Origin: a virus
Direction: 5' to 3' (one strand)
IMG/VR virus record: IMGVR_UViG_3300007734_000760
Location: 32,001 to 96,000 of that record
Length of the DNA stretch: 64,000 bases
A program made the position numbers and the translations under genes. The notes beneath the pieces are model-generated. The model saw only the letters and a program-made list of their open reading frames with translations, was not told the origin of the DNA and did not search any database. Shown in pieces: positions 28,819 to 39,612 of this stretch (the first letter of the stretch is position 1; each line of letters opens with the position of its first letter).

Positions 28819-29115
28819 TTATGAATTTAAATTGTTAAAACTACTTTTAATGTTTTCTATATTAACAGGTATTCTAAGTTGAATACCTTCAGGTATAATT
28901 AATGAATTTTGAGGTAATGAAGCGTTTGCAATAGATATAACCCACCACATACTTTCATCTTGATAGTATTGTCCTGCTAAAACATCAAATCTATCTCCTT
29001 GAACTGTTGTAACATACATATCATTTTCATCTAAAGGAATTTCAGGATATTTAACTGTTCTATAAACCGGTTTTTGATTTATTTTAATTGTAGGTATATT
29101 TTGATAGCGATTCAT
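28819..29115 (-). CDS. LysM-like baseplate protein
   Basis: GDRFDVLAGQYYQDESMWWVISIAN...GIQLRIP. Confidence 0.8.
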   Translation of the reverse strand: MNRYQNIPTIKINQKPVYRTVKYPEIPLDENDMYVTTVQGDRFDVLAGQYYQDESMWWVISIANASLPQNSLIIPEGIQLRIPVNIENIKSSFNNLNS

Positions 29116-29122
29116 TTATAAA

Positions 29123-31705
29123 TTATTTTCCAAATTTTCGAAATATTAAATTATTGTTTTGTCTTTGATCATCTTTAGTTATATCAGCAGTAAAAGGATC
29201 TTTATTTCTTTCCTGTTTAGGGATAACTCCTTTTCTTTCTAAATCACGTGTTATAGCATCAATTAATTGTTGTTTTCCTGCTACTTGTGAAGTAGTAGTA
29301 TCAGATATTATTTTTTTAGATGTAGGCTTAGAATCTGTTTTAGGCTTAGGAGTAGGATTAGGCTTAGGCTTAGGTTTAGGAGTAGGTGGAGTAGGTGGAG
29401 TAGGTGGAGTAGGAGCAGTCTTAGGCTCTCCACAATTTAATATATAAGGTGTAGCTCCTAAATTTTTCCAATCTGCTTTTTTAACAGCAAATTTATGAAT
29501 TGGAGTAAAGCTAAATCCACTTACTTTTATTACATGAGCTAGTTGAGGATTTATATCTGTATAACCATCATATCCAGCCATTTTAGTCATTTTTCCATCT
29601 TCATCAATTCCTATTTCCCAAGTTGTATCTTCACCCATTTCAACAGTTAAACCAGTTATAAATCCAGGTTGATCACATATGTATCCTCCAATAGTTAAAG
29701 TAACTAAAGGACCTCTCATTAAACCTGCTCTACTATAGTCTGGAGCCATTTGTGATATTAAATAATTTAATTTTTTATACATAGGTATTAACTCTACTCT
29801 TGATTGAGCAGCTAATGTGAACGATAATGAAATTTTTCTATCAAATCCATCGTAAGTGTAAAAGTTTTCGCCTCTTCCAACATATTTTTGAGGATTCCAA
29901 TTTGCGCTATAATTATCACTAATTGATCCTAAAAATGCTCTAAAATGCATGTATATTTCTTCACTTGGATTATTATTACTAATAGAAGTAATTCTAAAAT
30001 TTACTAAATCATTTTGTTTTTTTAATATATCTGAAAAATCTTTATCTTCACTACTATATAATTTTTGTGTTGTTATTTTATCATATGATGTAAAAGAAGC
30101 TGCTCCTGTATTTCCGTCAAGTTTAACTCTACCTTTAGTAAATTTATAAAGATGTTTATCATAAGGATTGCCTGAATCTCCTACTCCAATTCTTTTTTCT
30201 ATTCTATTTATTTCATAATCATTACAATATGGAATAATATTATTAAATTCCTTTATACCTAATAATTGAGTATAGTCTTCAGGATTAGATATATTATTAT
30301 CTAATTCTACTCGAAATCGTATATTAGCTCTAAAGTCTATCATTAGATTAGGATTATATCTATATAACTCCTCTAATTTTATTTTATCAATATCTGTTTG
30401 TCGGTATGTAAAAGTATTACGTGGTTCATCTACATCACTTAATGTTCCTACTTCTATTTCATCCATTTTGCGTGGTTGATAATTTGAGTTTGGATCATTT
30501 ACATTTTTTCTATCTACTCCATCTGTTACAAATTGAATTGCTAAATAATCATTAGGATATGATAAGTGATTATATTCGTACATATTACTAGCACCTGGTT
30601 TTAAACCATATGTATTTAAATTTTCAACAGAATCTTTTAAAGATATAGGAGATGTTACAGAAAATGGTAATTTATATGTTTGTGTTAATAATTGTTTATT
30701 TCTAAATCCTACACCAGAATCAGTCATTAATCCTACATTTTTTTTAGAATAATCATAATGAACAGTCATATGTTTTTCTTCATATTTAGCATTATTTGAT
30801 AATATATTACGTGGGAATAACTCAATTGCATCTAAATCATTTAATATATTTGATACTCCTATAGGAGGATGAGGATATTGCTTTAATGAAGAATTTGTTG
30901 AATTATCTTTATAACGAGAATCTATTGTAGAATTATTGTAATTACTAGTATAAAAATTTGTAGAATTTGTATTATATTTAAAAAAAGTACCATTAACACC
31001 TGTTCGTAAAACATCTCCAGTTGCTCTATCTGTAGCAAATCTAATGCGAGTAAAGCCTATACCTAAAACAGATCCTGGGCCTCCTCCATATTTATAAACA
31101 TTTTCTCTTCCTCCAAATACTCCTAGTTCTTTTTTATACTTTTCATCATATATTCGTATTAATCTATTGTCAGTATTAGGTTTATTTAAAGATATATTAA
31201 TTATGTTAGCGTAAGATGTACCAGGATTAATCTTTTTAAGTATATTAGGATGTAAAGCATCTTGATAAGTAGGTAATGAAAGAAATGAGTTAGGAATTGG
31301 ATTTAAACCTTGTTTGTTTAAATGAGTTCCAAGAAATCCAAGACCTGCTTGACCTAAAGTAGACAATGGAGTGTAAATACCCCCATTAAGTAACAATCCA
31401 CTAGCTTGTGTTTGTACTGCTATTCTAGATAATACTAGTTGTTTAGCAATAAATAAAAGACCGTTTGGTGATTTTGTGTCTGTAAAGTATTTCCCTAACC
31501 TGATTACATCATTAACTGCTGCTAATGGTGCTCCAGGTATTCCGCCTCTTATTAAAAAATCAGTACTTAAAAATCCTAAATTAGGTAATTTAATGTTAAT
31601 AGGAGTCTCAATGTATGGTTGATTACTTGATCCTCCTTCTGCTCTATCATGACCAAATTTTAGATTTTTAAGATTAGTACTGTTAAGTAGATCTATTAAA
31701 GCCAT
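29123..31705 (-). CDS. Large baseplate/tube-initiator-like protein with Pro-rich tail
   Basis: FRAFLGSISDNYSANW...YVGRGE.FYTY.GFDRKISLSF...LTIG...PGFITGL module; lies between tape measure and LysM gene. Confidence 0.65.
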   Translation of the reverse strand: MALIDLLNSTNLKNLKFGHDRAEGGSSNQPYIETPINIKLPNLGFLSTDFLIRGGIPGAPLAAVNDVIRLGKYFTDTKSPNGLLFIAKQLVLSRIAVQTQASGLLLNGGIYTPLSTLGQAGLGFLGTHLNKQGLNPIPNSFLSLPTYQDALHPNILKKINPGTSYANIINISLNKPNTDNRLIRIYDEKYKKELGVFGGRENVYKYGGGPGSVLGIGFTRIRFATDRATGDVLRTGVNGTFFKYNTNSTNFYTSNYNNSTIDSRYKDNSTNSSLKQYPHPPIGVSNILNDLDAIELFPRNILSNNAKYEEKHMTVHYDYSKKNVGLMTDSGVGFRNKQLLTQTYKLPFSVTSPISLKDSVENLNTYGLKPGASNMYEYNHLSYPNDYLAIQFVTDGVDRKNVNDPNSNYQPRKMDEIEVGTLSDVDEPRNTFTYRQTDIDKIKLEELYRYNPNLMIDFRANIRFRVELDNNISNPEDYTQLLGIKEFNNIIPYCNDYEINRIEKRIGVGDSGNPYDKHLYKFTKGRVKLDGNTGAASFTSYDKITTQKLYSSEDKDFSDILKKQNDLVNFRITSISNNNPSEEIYMHFRAFLGSISDNYSANWNPQKYVGRGENFYTYDGFDRKISLSFTLAAQSRVELIPMYKKLNYLISQMAPDYSRAGLMRGPLVTLTIGGYICDQPGFITGLTVEMGEDTTWEIGIDEDGKMTKMAGYDGYTDINPQLAHVIKVSGFSFTPIHKFAVKKADWKNLGATPYILNCGEPKTAPTPPTPPTPPTPKPKPKPNPTPKPKTDSKPTSKKIISDTTTSQVAGKQQLIDAITRDLERKGVIPKQERNKDPFTADITKDDQRQNNNLIFRKFGK
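29338..29418 (+). repeat. Coding tandem repeats (AGTAGGTGG x3; TTAGGC-like units) encoding PTPPTPPTPKPKPKPNPTPKPK
   Basis: Directly visible 9-bp and 6-bp periodicity. Confidence 0.85.
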
Positions 31706-31708
31706 TCA

Positions 31709-31981
31709 TTAAGTTGGCAAGTTATTAAGATATTCAGTTGGTGTAGCACCATTTAAATCTAATAATGAGGGTTGAGGTAACACATTAACTGCTCCATCGT
31801 TATATTGTTGATATTGAGAGTTAACTGTACCTACTCCATTTCCGTTTAATGAATATCCTGGTAAGTTACCAGCAGCATGCATTTTTGATGCTTGTGTTGC
31901 TAAAGGATTAATAGCTATTGGTCCTCCGTTTGCTACAGATAATATTGAACCAGCAAGTTGTAATTTTGTTAGTAAGCCCAT
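31709..31981 (-). CDS. Small virion protein (hypothetical)
   Basis: 90 aa with a late motif upstream. Confidence 0.7.
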   Translation of the reverse strand: MGLLTKLQLAGSILSVANGGPIAINPLATQASKMHAAGNLPGYSLNGNGVGTVNSQYQQYNDGAVNVLPQPSLLDLNGATPTEYLNNLPT

Positions 31982-32017
31982 GTTGTTTGTTGTTTAAATT
32001 GTTGATTATAAATATTA

Positions 32018-35000
32018 TTAAACTTTAGAAGTACCTACTCTTAGTGCATCTCCAGTTTCAGTTGCATTTTTACCTATAGTAGATGCTAATACTTTTCCAT
32101 CCATAACAACGTTACTAGTAACTTGTATTGGTTTTTGAGGAGTATTAGACATTGCTGATGCTATAGCATTTGCTAATGCGTTATAGTCTATAACTAGCTT
32201 TGAAGATGAAGGATTAATTTTTTCTTTTCCTACTTTAATTTTTCCTTCTTCAAATTTTTCAGTTGGTGAATTAGGTTCTGATTTAACATCATTACCAAAT
32301 AAATTAGTACCGGCTATTACTGTATCTTTATCATTTAAAGCTATTGTTCCTTCAGGACCCATTAATGTACGTTTACCATAGCCTGGGGAGACAACGTCAT
32401 TACCATTCATGTATTTAGCAGCCATAGATGCTATTCCTGCAGCAGCAGCTATACCTAAAGCTACTCCAACACCAAATGGAATTTTAGAAAAAGAAGATAT
32501 AGCATTAAATATAGCCATACCTACTGATTTTACTATACCTTGGTTAGCTGTAAATAATGCTTTTTGGTCTAAAAGACTTTCTCGAGCTTTTAAACCTAAT
32601 CTTACACCTTGAATTACATTAAGGGCTAATTGATAACCTTTTATAGCTAAATATATGCTAGCTATAGTTCCTACTATAGTTTGCATTTCTGTTAATTGTT
32701 TGTTAGCCCCGGTAAATAAACCAATTAGTCCAGATACACTATCATATATATATTTAATACCTTCTGCAAAAGGAGTTATAGCTCCTTTAACTATCATACC
32801 TAATATACTAGCTATTGGTCCTACAACTTTAAGTATTCCTGCAAATGCATCAACTACTGGCATTAATGGTGCTACTAATGAAACAAATATTTCTTTTAAT
32901 TTTTCAATAGATTGATTAAAACGATCTTGAATAGACTGTTGAGACATCATATCTTTTAATTTTCCATTTGCAAGTTCTTTTTGAGCTTTTTCTAAACCTA
33001 CTTCTTTAACTCTAGCATCAAATGCTTCTTTTGCTTTTTCAGCTTGCTCACCACTCATAGATTTTAAAGCTTCAGCTCTAACTAAAGTACCAGCTAATTC
33101 TTCACGACTCATACCTACCGCTTTAGCTGCTGCTTCTTGTTGAAGTCTATTCATTTTACTAAATTCAGCTGCTGTGCCATAGTTTTTAGCTAATTCTTTA
33201 GATAAACCAACCATATCATTATTTAAAGCAGCTAAACGAGCTCCTTCTAAATTTAAATTTTTTCCAGTTAATAATTCTGCTTCTAATTCTGCTGAGATTG
33301 AGGATTCTATTTGAAGTAATGAATCAGCAATTTTATCAACTTGTTCTAAAGTCATACCTAATGCTTTAGCTTGTGCTACTGCTGCTCCTAAATTAGCTGT
33401 GCTGCCACCTAAAGATAATTTTGTAGCGTCTGATGATTTAGCTACATCTTTCATTATTTCTTTTTCATTTAATAAAACACCATTATTCATAGCTGTTATA
33501 CTAGCTGCTCCTAATAGTTTTTTAGTATTATCTTCTAAATTACCTCCTGTAGCTAATGTAAGCTGTTGCATTTTTGATATTTCTTCATTAGTAAGTCCAG
33601 CTTGTTCTCTTAATTTAGTAAATATAACGGCATCTTTAGCATTTAAAATAGCATTAGTGCCTAAAGATTGACCTATAGCAGCCATTGTTTCTCTAATACC
33701 TTTAGTAGTAACAAAAAGATCATTTGATGAATTAGCTATATCATTAAATTTATCATTCATTTTAGCTGCATCTTGGTAGCTTAAGTTCATGTCTTTAGCA
33801 AACTGACTTATACCTTTATCTAAATCTTTAAAAGCATCTAAAATTAATTTAATATAAAATAAAGGATCAGAAAACATTTTTGTTAATCCTTTAGCGGCTT
33901 GACTAAAGTAAGTATTCATTACTTTTATTTTGTCACCAAATAATGAATATTGAGCGTTGCTTTTTTGAAGTAAGGCTAATCTATCTTTTTCAGATTGAAG
34001 AAGCATTAGATTTGGACCTATTTGTTTATTAATAACATTAAGTTTATCTTTTTCAGATTGAACAAGCATTAAATTTGTACTTAATTTATTTCGAATGTCT
34101 TTTAAAATATCTTTTTCAATTATATTTGTTTTTTCTAAAGCATCAAGTTCAGCTTGTTTTAATTTTAAAACTATTCCTCCAAATCCTGATCTTACTTGAT
34201 TTATAGATAATAATCCTTTTTGAGTATTTATTTCGTCTTGTAAAAGTTTTTCTTTTTCAATTTGAGCGCCTATTCCTCGAAATTCTAAATCATTTCTAAT
34301 TGCTATTTGGGCATTTGTAAAACCTTCTAATTGATTTATATTAACTAATGTTATATTTTTTAAATTTAATAAATCATTTATTTGTTTTTCTAAAATAACA
34401 TTTTTTTCTTTTAATTTTTCTTCTTCTTTTAAAGACTGGATACGAGTCATAGCTAATTCTTTAGCTTTGTCAGAAGCAGCTTCAAAAGCTTTATCTAAAC
34501 CTAATGCTTCTCCTAATTTTCCTAAACCTAATGTATTTAATGTTCCTTTTAATGCTCCAGCTGCTGCTCCAGTTAAACCCATAGTTTTAGCAAACGTTTC
34601 AGCTAGTACAGCGGATTTTCCTAAAGTATTACGCAGTTCTATTAGATCTGTATTTTGGCCGTCTATTAAATCTTTTATGTGTTGTTGGGCGTTTAAATTT
34701 TTATCTAAAAGCTTTTGAATAGCTATTTCTGATTCGCCTCTTACTCTCGCTATATGTTTTTGAAGTTGAAGATCTCTTTCTTCTTCAATTAATATTTTTT
34801 GAGCATTATTTAATCTATCTACTTCAAGAATAATCTTTTTTCCAATTTGTTTTACATCTTCAGAAGATAAATTGTTGTATCCTTTTTGATGATTAGACAA
34901 TTGTTCAGCTAAACTGCCTAAACTTTTAAAACCAGATTGAGTAGCTTTAATTCCTTCATTTGATCTTCCAATTTCACCTACTAATTTTTTAAAATTACTT

Positions 35001-35197
35001 ACTAAATAATCTGTTCCATCTTCAGCTTCATGTACTCGTCTTGTAAAATCATTAAAAATAGCATCAATAGCTGTAATATTTTGTTCTAAAGGACGTAAAT
35101 TTAAAGTATTAAAGTTTTCACCAAGTTTAGTAGATAATTTTTCTATCTCTAAAAGCTTTTTTTCTAATCTTGCTAATTCATCTGCTGATAAAGCCAT
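32018..35197 (-). CDS. Tape measure protein
   Basis: 1059 aa, helical and Ala/Leu/Gln-rich with a hydrophobic segment near the C-terminus; follows tube and chaperone genes. Confidence 0.85.
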   Translation of the reverse strand: MALSADELARLEKKLLEIEKLSTKLGENFNTLNLRPLEQNITAIDAIFNDFTRRVHEAEDGTDYLVSNFKKLVGEIGRSNEGIKATQSGFKSLGSLAEQLSNHQKGYNNLSSEDVKQIGKKIILEVDRLNNAQKILIEEERDLQLQKHIARVRGESEIAIQKLLDKNLNAQQHIKDLIDGQNTDLIELRNTLGKSAVLAETFAKTMGLTGAAAGALKGTLNTLGLGKLGEALGLDKAFEAASDKAKELAMTRIQSLKEEEKLKEKNVILEKQINDLLNLKNITLVNINQLEGFTNAQIAIRNDLEFRGIGAQIEKEKLLQDEINTQKGLLSINQVRSGFGGIVLKLKQAELDALEKTNIIEKDILKDIRNKLSTNLMLVQSEKDKLNVINKQIGPNLMLLQSEKDRLALLQKSNAQYSLFGDKIKVMNTYFSQAAKGLTKMFSDPLFYIKLILDAFKDLDKGISQFAKDMNLSYQDAAKMNDKFNDIANSSNDLFVTTKGIRETMAAIGQSLGTNAILNAKDAVIFTKLREQAGLTNEEISKMQQLTLATGGNLEDNTKKLLGAASITAMNNGVLLNEKEIMKDVAKSSDATKLSLGGSTANLGAAVAQAKALGMTLEQVDKIADSLLQIESSISAELEAELLTGKNLNLEGARLAALNNDMVGLSKELAKNYGTAAEFSKMNRLQQEAAAKAVGMSREELAGTLVRAEALKSMSGEQAEKAKEAFDARVKEVGLEKAQKELANGKLKDMMSQQSIQDRFNQSIEKLKEIFVSLVAPLMPVVDAFAGILKVVGPIASILGMIVKGAITPFAEGIKYIYDSVSGLIGLFTGANKQLTEMQTIVGTIASIYLAIKGYQLALNVIQGVRLGLKARESLLDQKALFTANQGIVKSVGMAIFNAISSFSKIPFGVGVALGIAAAAGIASMAAKYMNGNDVVSPGYGKRTLMGPEGTIALNDKDTVIAGTNLFGNDVKSEPNSPTEKFEEGKIKVGKEKINPSSSKLVIDYNALANAIASAMSNTPQKPIQVTSNVVMDGKVLASTIGKNATETGDALRVGTSKV

Positions 35198-35234
35198 TGT
35201 TAAATATTTTATTATAAATATTAAAAATTAAAAA

Positions 35235-35562
35235 CTATTTGTAAGTAGCAGGTCTTTTAGGCATAACGCCTGGTTTAGATGTTTGAGGTGCGGGTTGATT
35301 TTGGAACATACTGCGATCTTTAACCATACCGTCTGAGCCAATAGCTACGTTAGATTTATTATTAGAAGCGTCTTCATGTGATTTATTTTCTTCATCGTAA
35401 TATTCTTTAATTTGATTAAAAGTATATTTTCTTAACCAAATAGGCATATTATAGACTGTGTTCCAATCATATCCACCTTTACCGTGAAATACAATTTGAT
35501 GAATTTGATTAAATAAAGCTAATCGAGTTTGACCAGCGCTAGTTGCTGTCAGGCCAAAAAAA
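35235..35562 (-). CDS. Second tail-chaperone ORF, probably reached by frameshift
   Basis: No ATG start; conserved-looking core QIHQIVFHGKGGYDWNTVYNMPIWLRKY; overlaps the upstream ORF at a U7 run. Confidence 0.7.
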
Positions 35563-36303
35563 GTTAAGTCCAATGGGAATGTTAACGGCTTTGTCACTCC
35601 CGTCGGGAAAAAAAGTCAAGTCAATGTCTGGTTGAACTTTTTTGATATATTCTCGTAATGCTCGAGAATCCATAGCGAGCAAATGATTATCAACAAAGTC
35701 TCGAATTGCTTTAGGCGTTCGATCTTCATTTATAGATGTTATAATATATTTTAATCTAGTTGACAATTGAGGAGATGAATCTTTTTTAATTTTCTTTAAA
35801 CCTTCTAATTCTGTGTCAATTTTTTTCTCATCAGCATGAGATAAAATTTTAAAAGTTACAATATTATTAGTGTTAGGTAAATTAAAAGTAAATTCATTTA
35901 CACCCGGAGTTATTAAACTTAAATCTAATTCTTTAGATTCTAAAGTACTTAAATCAATTGTTTCTTCTTGATTGTTATATGTAAATGAATAATTTTTACC
36001 ATATCCTAAGATTCTACAAGCAATCATAACAGCATTTTTATCTCCAACAATTATGTCATCATAATTAATAGGTGATACTATTAATGCTTGCATTAATTTA
36101 TCTAATACTGTTCCTTTTTGAATATATGATTGGTTTGTTAATATATCTTCATGAGCTGCAGTCATGTATCTTATTTCAATTTTTCCAGATGATAATAAAT
36201 TTTCTTTTGGATATAATAATCCTTTTGAAGGAAGATCAATTATTTCTGTTGGAAAGTTAAATTTAGGTGTTTCTTGAGTGGTAGTGTTAGTCGGTTGATC
36301 CAT
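35539..36303 (-). CDS. Tail assembly chaperone / T4 gp26-like baseplate hub assembly protein
   Basis: IDLPSKG...IRYMTAAHEDIL...RILGYG...IPIGLNFFWPD. Confidence 0.8.
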   Translation of the reverse strand: MDQPTNTTTQETPKFNFPTEIIDLPSKGLLYPKENLLSSGKIEIRYMTAAHEDILTNQSYIQKGTVLDKLMQALIVSPINYDDIIVGDKNAVMIACRILGYGKNYSFTYNNQEETIDLSTLESKELDLSLITPGVNEFTFNLPNTNNIVTFKILSHADEKKIDTELEGLKKIKKDSSPQLSTRLKYIITSINEDRTPKAIRDFVDNHLLAMDSRALREYIKKVQPDIDLTFFPDGSDKAVNIPIGLNFFWPDSN

Positions 36304-36382
36304 AATTCTTATTTAGTATAACTTTGTGTTTATTATATATATTGTAAGATATAAAAATTTTACAATAAGACAAGCTTAAATT

Positions 36383-37249
36383 TTAAATTTTTGCTATAGC
36401 TGTATTAGCCTTTGCTGTTAAATTTGCTACTATAGAATTAAGGTCTATAGGATTACTTTTTGTATTTGTTTCTTTTGGATTATTTGTTAAAAAAGGACTA
36501 ATATATTCTAAATAATTTCTTGATGGTCCATAATTAATTTCTAACTTTTGAGCAGGTTTTCCATAAATTGTTGACCAACCTGTAAAAGTTGGAGAAGTTT
36601 TTTGTGTACTTCCATTATATACTGTTGGATCATTAGTCACAGATGAATATTTTTGATTTATCTCTTGTGAATTATCTAAATGTGATATATTTAATACATC
36701 AGGAAATTCAACATCTCCTGATAGTGGACTAAAATTTATACTTTTATCATTTATTATACTTAAATATGTTTTATTAGGAGTATAAGGTTGAGAAAATTTT
36801 GTAGTAGGACCACTAGGATAATCATAAATAGTTGGAACACCAGTAGTAGTACTAGGATATACAGTAGATATATCTTTATTTGGACCTCCTAAAACACCAG
36901 GATTTTCTACATCTAAATTAGTTTTATTTAATGAAGAAACTAATTTTAAAGGATATGCAGATGGAACTTCTTTTGTAAGATCAGGTATGCTAACAAAATT
37001 AGAACTACCTATAATTTTACTTAAATATGTATTTTTTGGAGTATACTTATGAATAAATTTATGTGGTTGGCCTGGATTTGATAATCCTGTTGGAGTACCA
37101 GTAGATGATTCTGGATATTCTGTGTTGTAGTCATTATTTGGGCCGCCTAATACTAATGGATTTTCTAAATCTAAATTGGTTTTACCAAATGAATTTTTTA
37201 ATCCTATAGGAGTATTAATTGGTACTGGATTTGGAGATGGAACCGCCAT
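36383..37249 (-). CDS. Virion protein with about 3 internal repeats
   Basis: KTNLDLENP..LGGPN...Y....TG.PT...YTP.NTYLS repeated. Confidence 0.75.
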   Translation of the reverse strand: MAVPSPNPVPINTPIGLKNSFGKTNLDLENPLVLGGPNNDYNTEYPESSTGTPTGLSNPGQPHKFIHKYTPKNTYLSKIIGSSNFVSIPDLTKEVPSAYPLKLVSSLNKTNLDVENPGVLGGPNKDISTVYPSTTTGVPTIYDYPSGPTTKFSQPYTPNKTYLSIINDKSINFSPLSGDVEFPDVLNISHLDNSQEINQKYSSVTNDPTVYNGSTQKTSPTFTGWSTIYGKPAQKLEINYGPSRNYLEYISPFLTNNPKETNTKSNPIDLNSIVANLTAKANTAIAKI

Positions 37250-37279
37250 TGTTTTTATTTATTATAAATATTAAAGGAT

Positions 37280-37305
37280 AAAAAAAGCCTGCAATAAGCA
37301 GGCTT
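37280..37305 (-). terminator. Intrinsic terminator after tail tube
   Basis: AAGCCTGC-TTATT-GCAGGCTT followed by T run. Confidence 0.85.
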
Positions 37306-37323
37306 AAATTTAATTTTATTGAA

Positions 37324-37812
37324 TTAGTAGTTTAATATACAATAATCCATACCTAAAGTAACTTCAATGTTAATTGCTGATGCTTCAGTGTCCCAATTGT
37401 ATTCACCAAAGTTTGCTGTTTTAATAAAAGCACCTTTAATAATCCATTCTGACACAATATCACCTACTGGACCTAATACGTTAACAGTTAAATCTTTTTT
37501 GTAAAAATCGGAATAACCATCACGACCAGTAACTGATTCATGATGTAAACGTACCCATTCCATTACTGCTTGAGCACCAGATGGAGTAATAGGATCAAAC
37601 AAAGTCATAGACATATCAGCCCATTTTGCTTTACCTTTAATTTTACGATAAACATTGATATGATTTAATGTAATTTCTCCCATATCTACTGATACTGGAG
37701 CTATCTTTTTGATCATGTATGAAGGAATTCCATCTACATACATAATAAACCGGTTTGCTACTTTAGGTTCAAATGCTGTAAAAAATATTTCGTTTGGTGA
37801 TAATATTGCCAT
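37324..37812 (-). CDS. Tail tube protein (gp19-like)
   Basis: FEPKVANRF...VMEW...YKKDLTVNVLGPVGDIVSEWIIKGAF. Confidence 0.9.
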   Translation of the reverse strand: MAILSPNEIFFTAFEPKVANRFIMYVDGIPSYMIKKIAPVSVDMGEITLNHINVYRKIKGKAKWADMSMTLFDPITPSGAQAVMEWVRLHHESVTGRDGYSDFYKKDLTVNVLGPVGDIVSEWIIKGAFIKTANFGEYNWDTEASAINIEVTLGMDYCILNY

Positions 37813-37865
37813 TTTATTTTTTTGTTTAGTTGTTTATTTTTGTTTATTATACATATTTAATTTTT

Positions 37866-37898
37866 AAAAATCTTCCCCTATTTTTCAAGAGGAAGATT
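37866..37898 (-). terminator. Hairpin/terminator between sheath and tube
   Basis: AATCTTCC...GGAAGATT followed by a short T run. Confidence 0.6.
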
Positions 37899-37908
37899 AT
37901 TTAAAATA

Positions 37909-39612
37909 TTATGCTGGGAAAGTTGCTCCAGTTGGAGTAATAATAAAATCTAAATAAATAAATTCAGCTGTTTTTGTTGGTTGAACATAAATTGCTCCTA
38001 CCATTTGGTTTCTATCAATTACATCAGCTGTATTATTTGTTTCATCCATTACTACTTTAAAAGCATATAAACCTTGACGTTGTTGAACTGAAGATAAATA
38101 TGGATTAACTTGACCTAAAAAAGTATTTCTTGTTGATGTTGAATTTTGTTCAAACAACAATGTGTTAGCAACTTGAGAAATATAAGATTTTAATTCTATT
38201 AATAAACGTCTTACATTTACACGATCTAAAGCTGATGCTTTTGTTTGTAATGTTTTTTGACCATATACTACAATTCCTTGACCAGGAAATGAAGCAATTG
38301 GATTTACTTTACCTGTGTAAAGAGCATCTCTAGTTGACTGATTTAATTTTTGTTCAACACGAATTACTGTTCCTAATCCACCACGATTAATACCGGCAGG
38401 TGCAAACCAAGGTTCTGATACTCTATCATTGTAAGCGTAAACGCCTGCAATCATTACTGAGGTTGGAACCCATACGTTTTTACCACTTGATGGATCTAAA
38501 ATTTGACACCATGGCCAATATGAAGCAGCATATGAAGTATCACGAGAAGAAGCTTGAGTAATTGTAGCTGTTGCTGTTGCACCATATCCTACTGGATCTA
38601 ATACAAATATGTTATCTCCACGTTGTTGAGTGTTTAAAACAATATTACTTATAGCACTTGTGTGACTAGCAAACGCATCAATTAAACCTGGAGCTATTAA
38701 TAAATTAAATCTATAATCATCTTTATTTGATAATAAATTAATCATATTAGTGTAGTTTGAAGCTACTAAACCTTGAGTATCTGTATTGTTAATGTTGTTG
38801 TAAAATTGAGCGTTACCTTTTATATTACCTGTAGCACCAAAAAATGCACCACTAGCAGCTAAAGGAATTGAAGCTGTATATTGATTTTTTGCTACACCAC
38901 TATTATCTAAATAGTCTGGAGTTAATAAATCAACTGAGCTTACATAAACAAAAGATGAATTATTTGTGTAACTTCCTGTTAAGTCAACTTGAATAGTTGA
39001 AGGATTATAAGAATAAACATAATCACCAATTACTCTAGAAACAAAATTATTTGATTTAGGATCTAATGATAAATTAGTAAATGATTCTAATACTGTTTTA
39101 CTATTAGTTATATCATTACCTTGTCTAATTATTAAACCAAAAGTTCCAGAAGCTGTGTTTGGACTTATAATTTCCCAACGAATGTTATCGGCTGAACCGC
39201 TTGTTAAAGCACCAGCTGAATCCATTGCTCCTGTATTATTCATTACAATTCCTTTAGAAATTGTTTTTAATGTAAATGCTGAAGTTGCTAAACTAGAACT
39301 AATAACTGTACTTGTAGCTGAGGTATAAGAACCAGAAACTACACGAGCTACTAATAACGTGTCTCCACCATTATTAAAATAGTTATAAGCTGCTATTGAA
39401 GTAAAATATGAAAATACATCACTTCCGCTTGTAAATACATCGCCAAATTTATTTACATATTGACTATAAGAACCTACCAATGTTGGTAATTCTACAGGGC
39501 CTTTTACAGTAGGACCTATTATCGCAGCTCCAGCTTGTACTGGTTGACCGGATACTTGGGATTTATCTTGTTCTCTAACTGATATTCCCGGGGATAATAA
39601 AATTTCTGCCAT
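37909..39612 (-). CDS. Tail sheath protein (gp18-like)
   Basis: SPGISVRE, WFAPAGINRG, VNPI, GQKTLQ, RVNVRRL, FEQN, PTKTAEFI. Confidence 0.96.
   Translation of the reverse strand: MAEILLSPGISVREQDKSQVSGQPVQAGAAIIGPTVKGPVELPTLVGSYSQYVNKFGDVFTSGSDVFSYFTSIAAYNYFNNGGDTLLVARVVSGSYTSATSTVISSSLATSAFTLKTISKGIVMNNTGAMDSAGALTSGSADNIRWEIISPNTASGTFGLIIRQGNDITNSKTVLESFTNLSLDPKSNNFVSRVIGDYVYSYNPSTIQVDLTGSYTNNSSFVYVSSVDLLTPDYLDNSGVAKNQYTASIPLAASGAFFGATGNIKGNAQFYNNINNTDTQGLVASNYTNMINLLSNKDDYRFNLLIAPGLIDAFASHTSAISNIVLNTQQRGDNIFVLDPVGYGATATATITQASSRDTSYAASYWPWCQILDPSSGKNVWVPTSVMIAGVYAYNDRVSEPWFAPAGINRGGLGTVIRVEQKLNQSTRDALYTGKVNPIASFPGQGIVVYGQKTLQTKASALDRVNVRRLLIELKSYISQVANTLLFEQNSTSTRNTFLGQVNPYLSSVQQRQGLYAFKVVMDETNNTADVIDRNQMVGAIYVQPTKTAEFIYLDFIITPTGATFPA

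Noticed and set aside
33970-34085. Duplicated NLMLxQSEKD segment in the tape measure
   Set aside because: Local duplications are ordinary length variation in tape-measure proteins.
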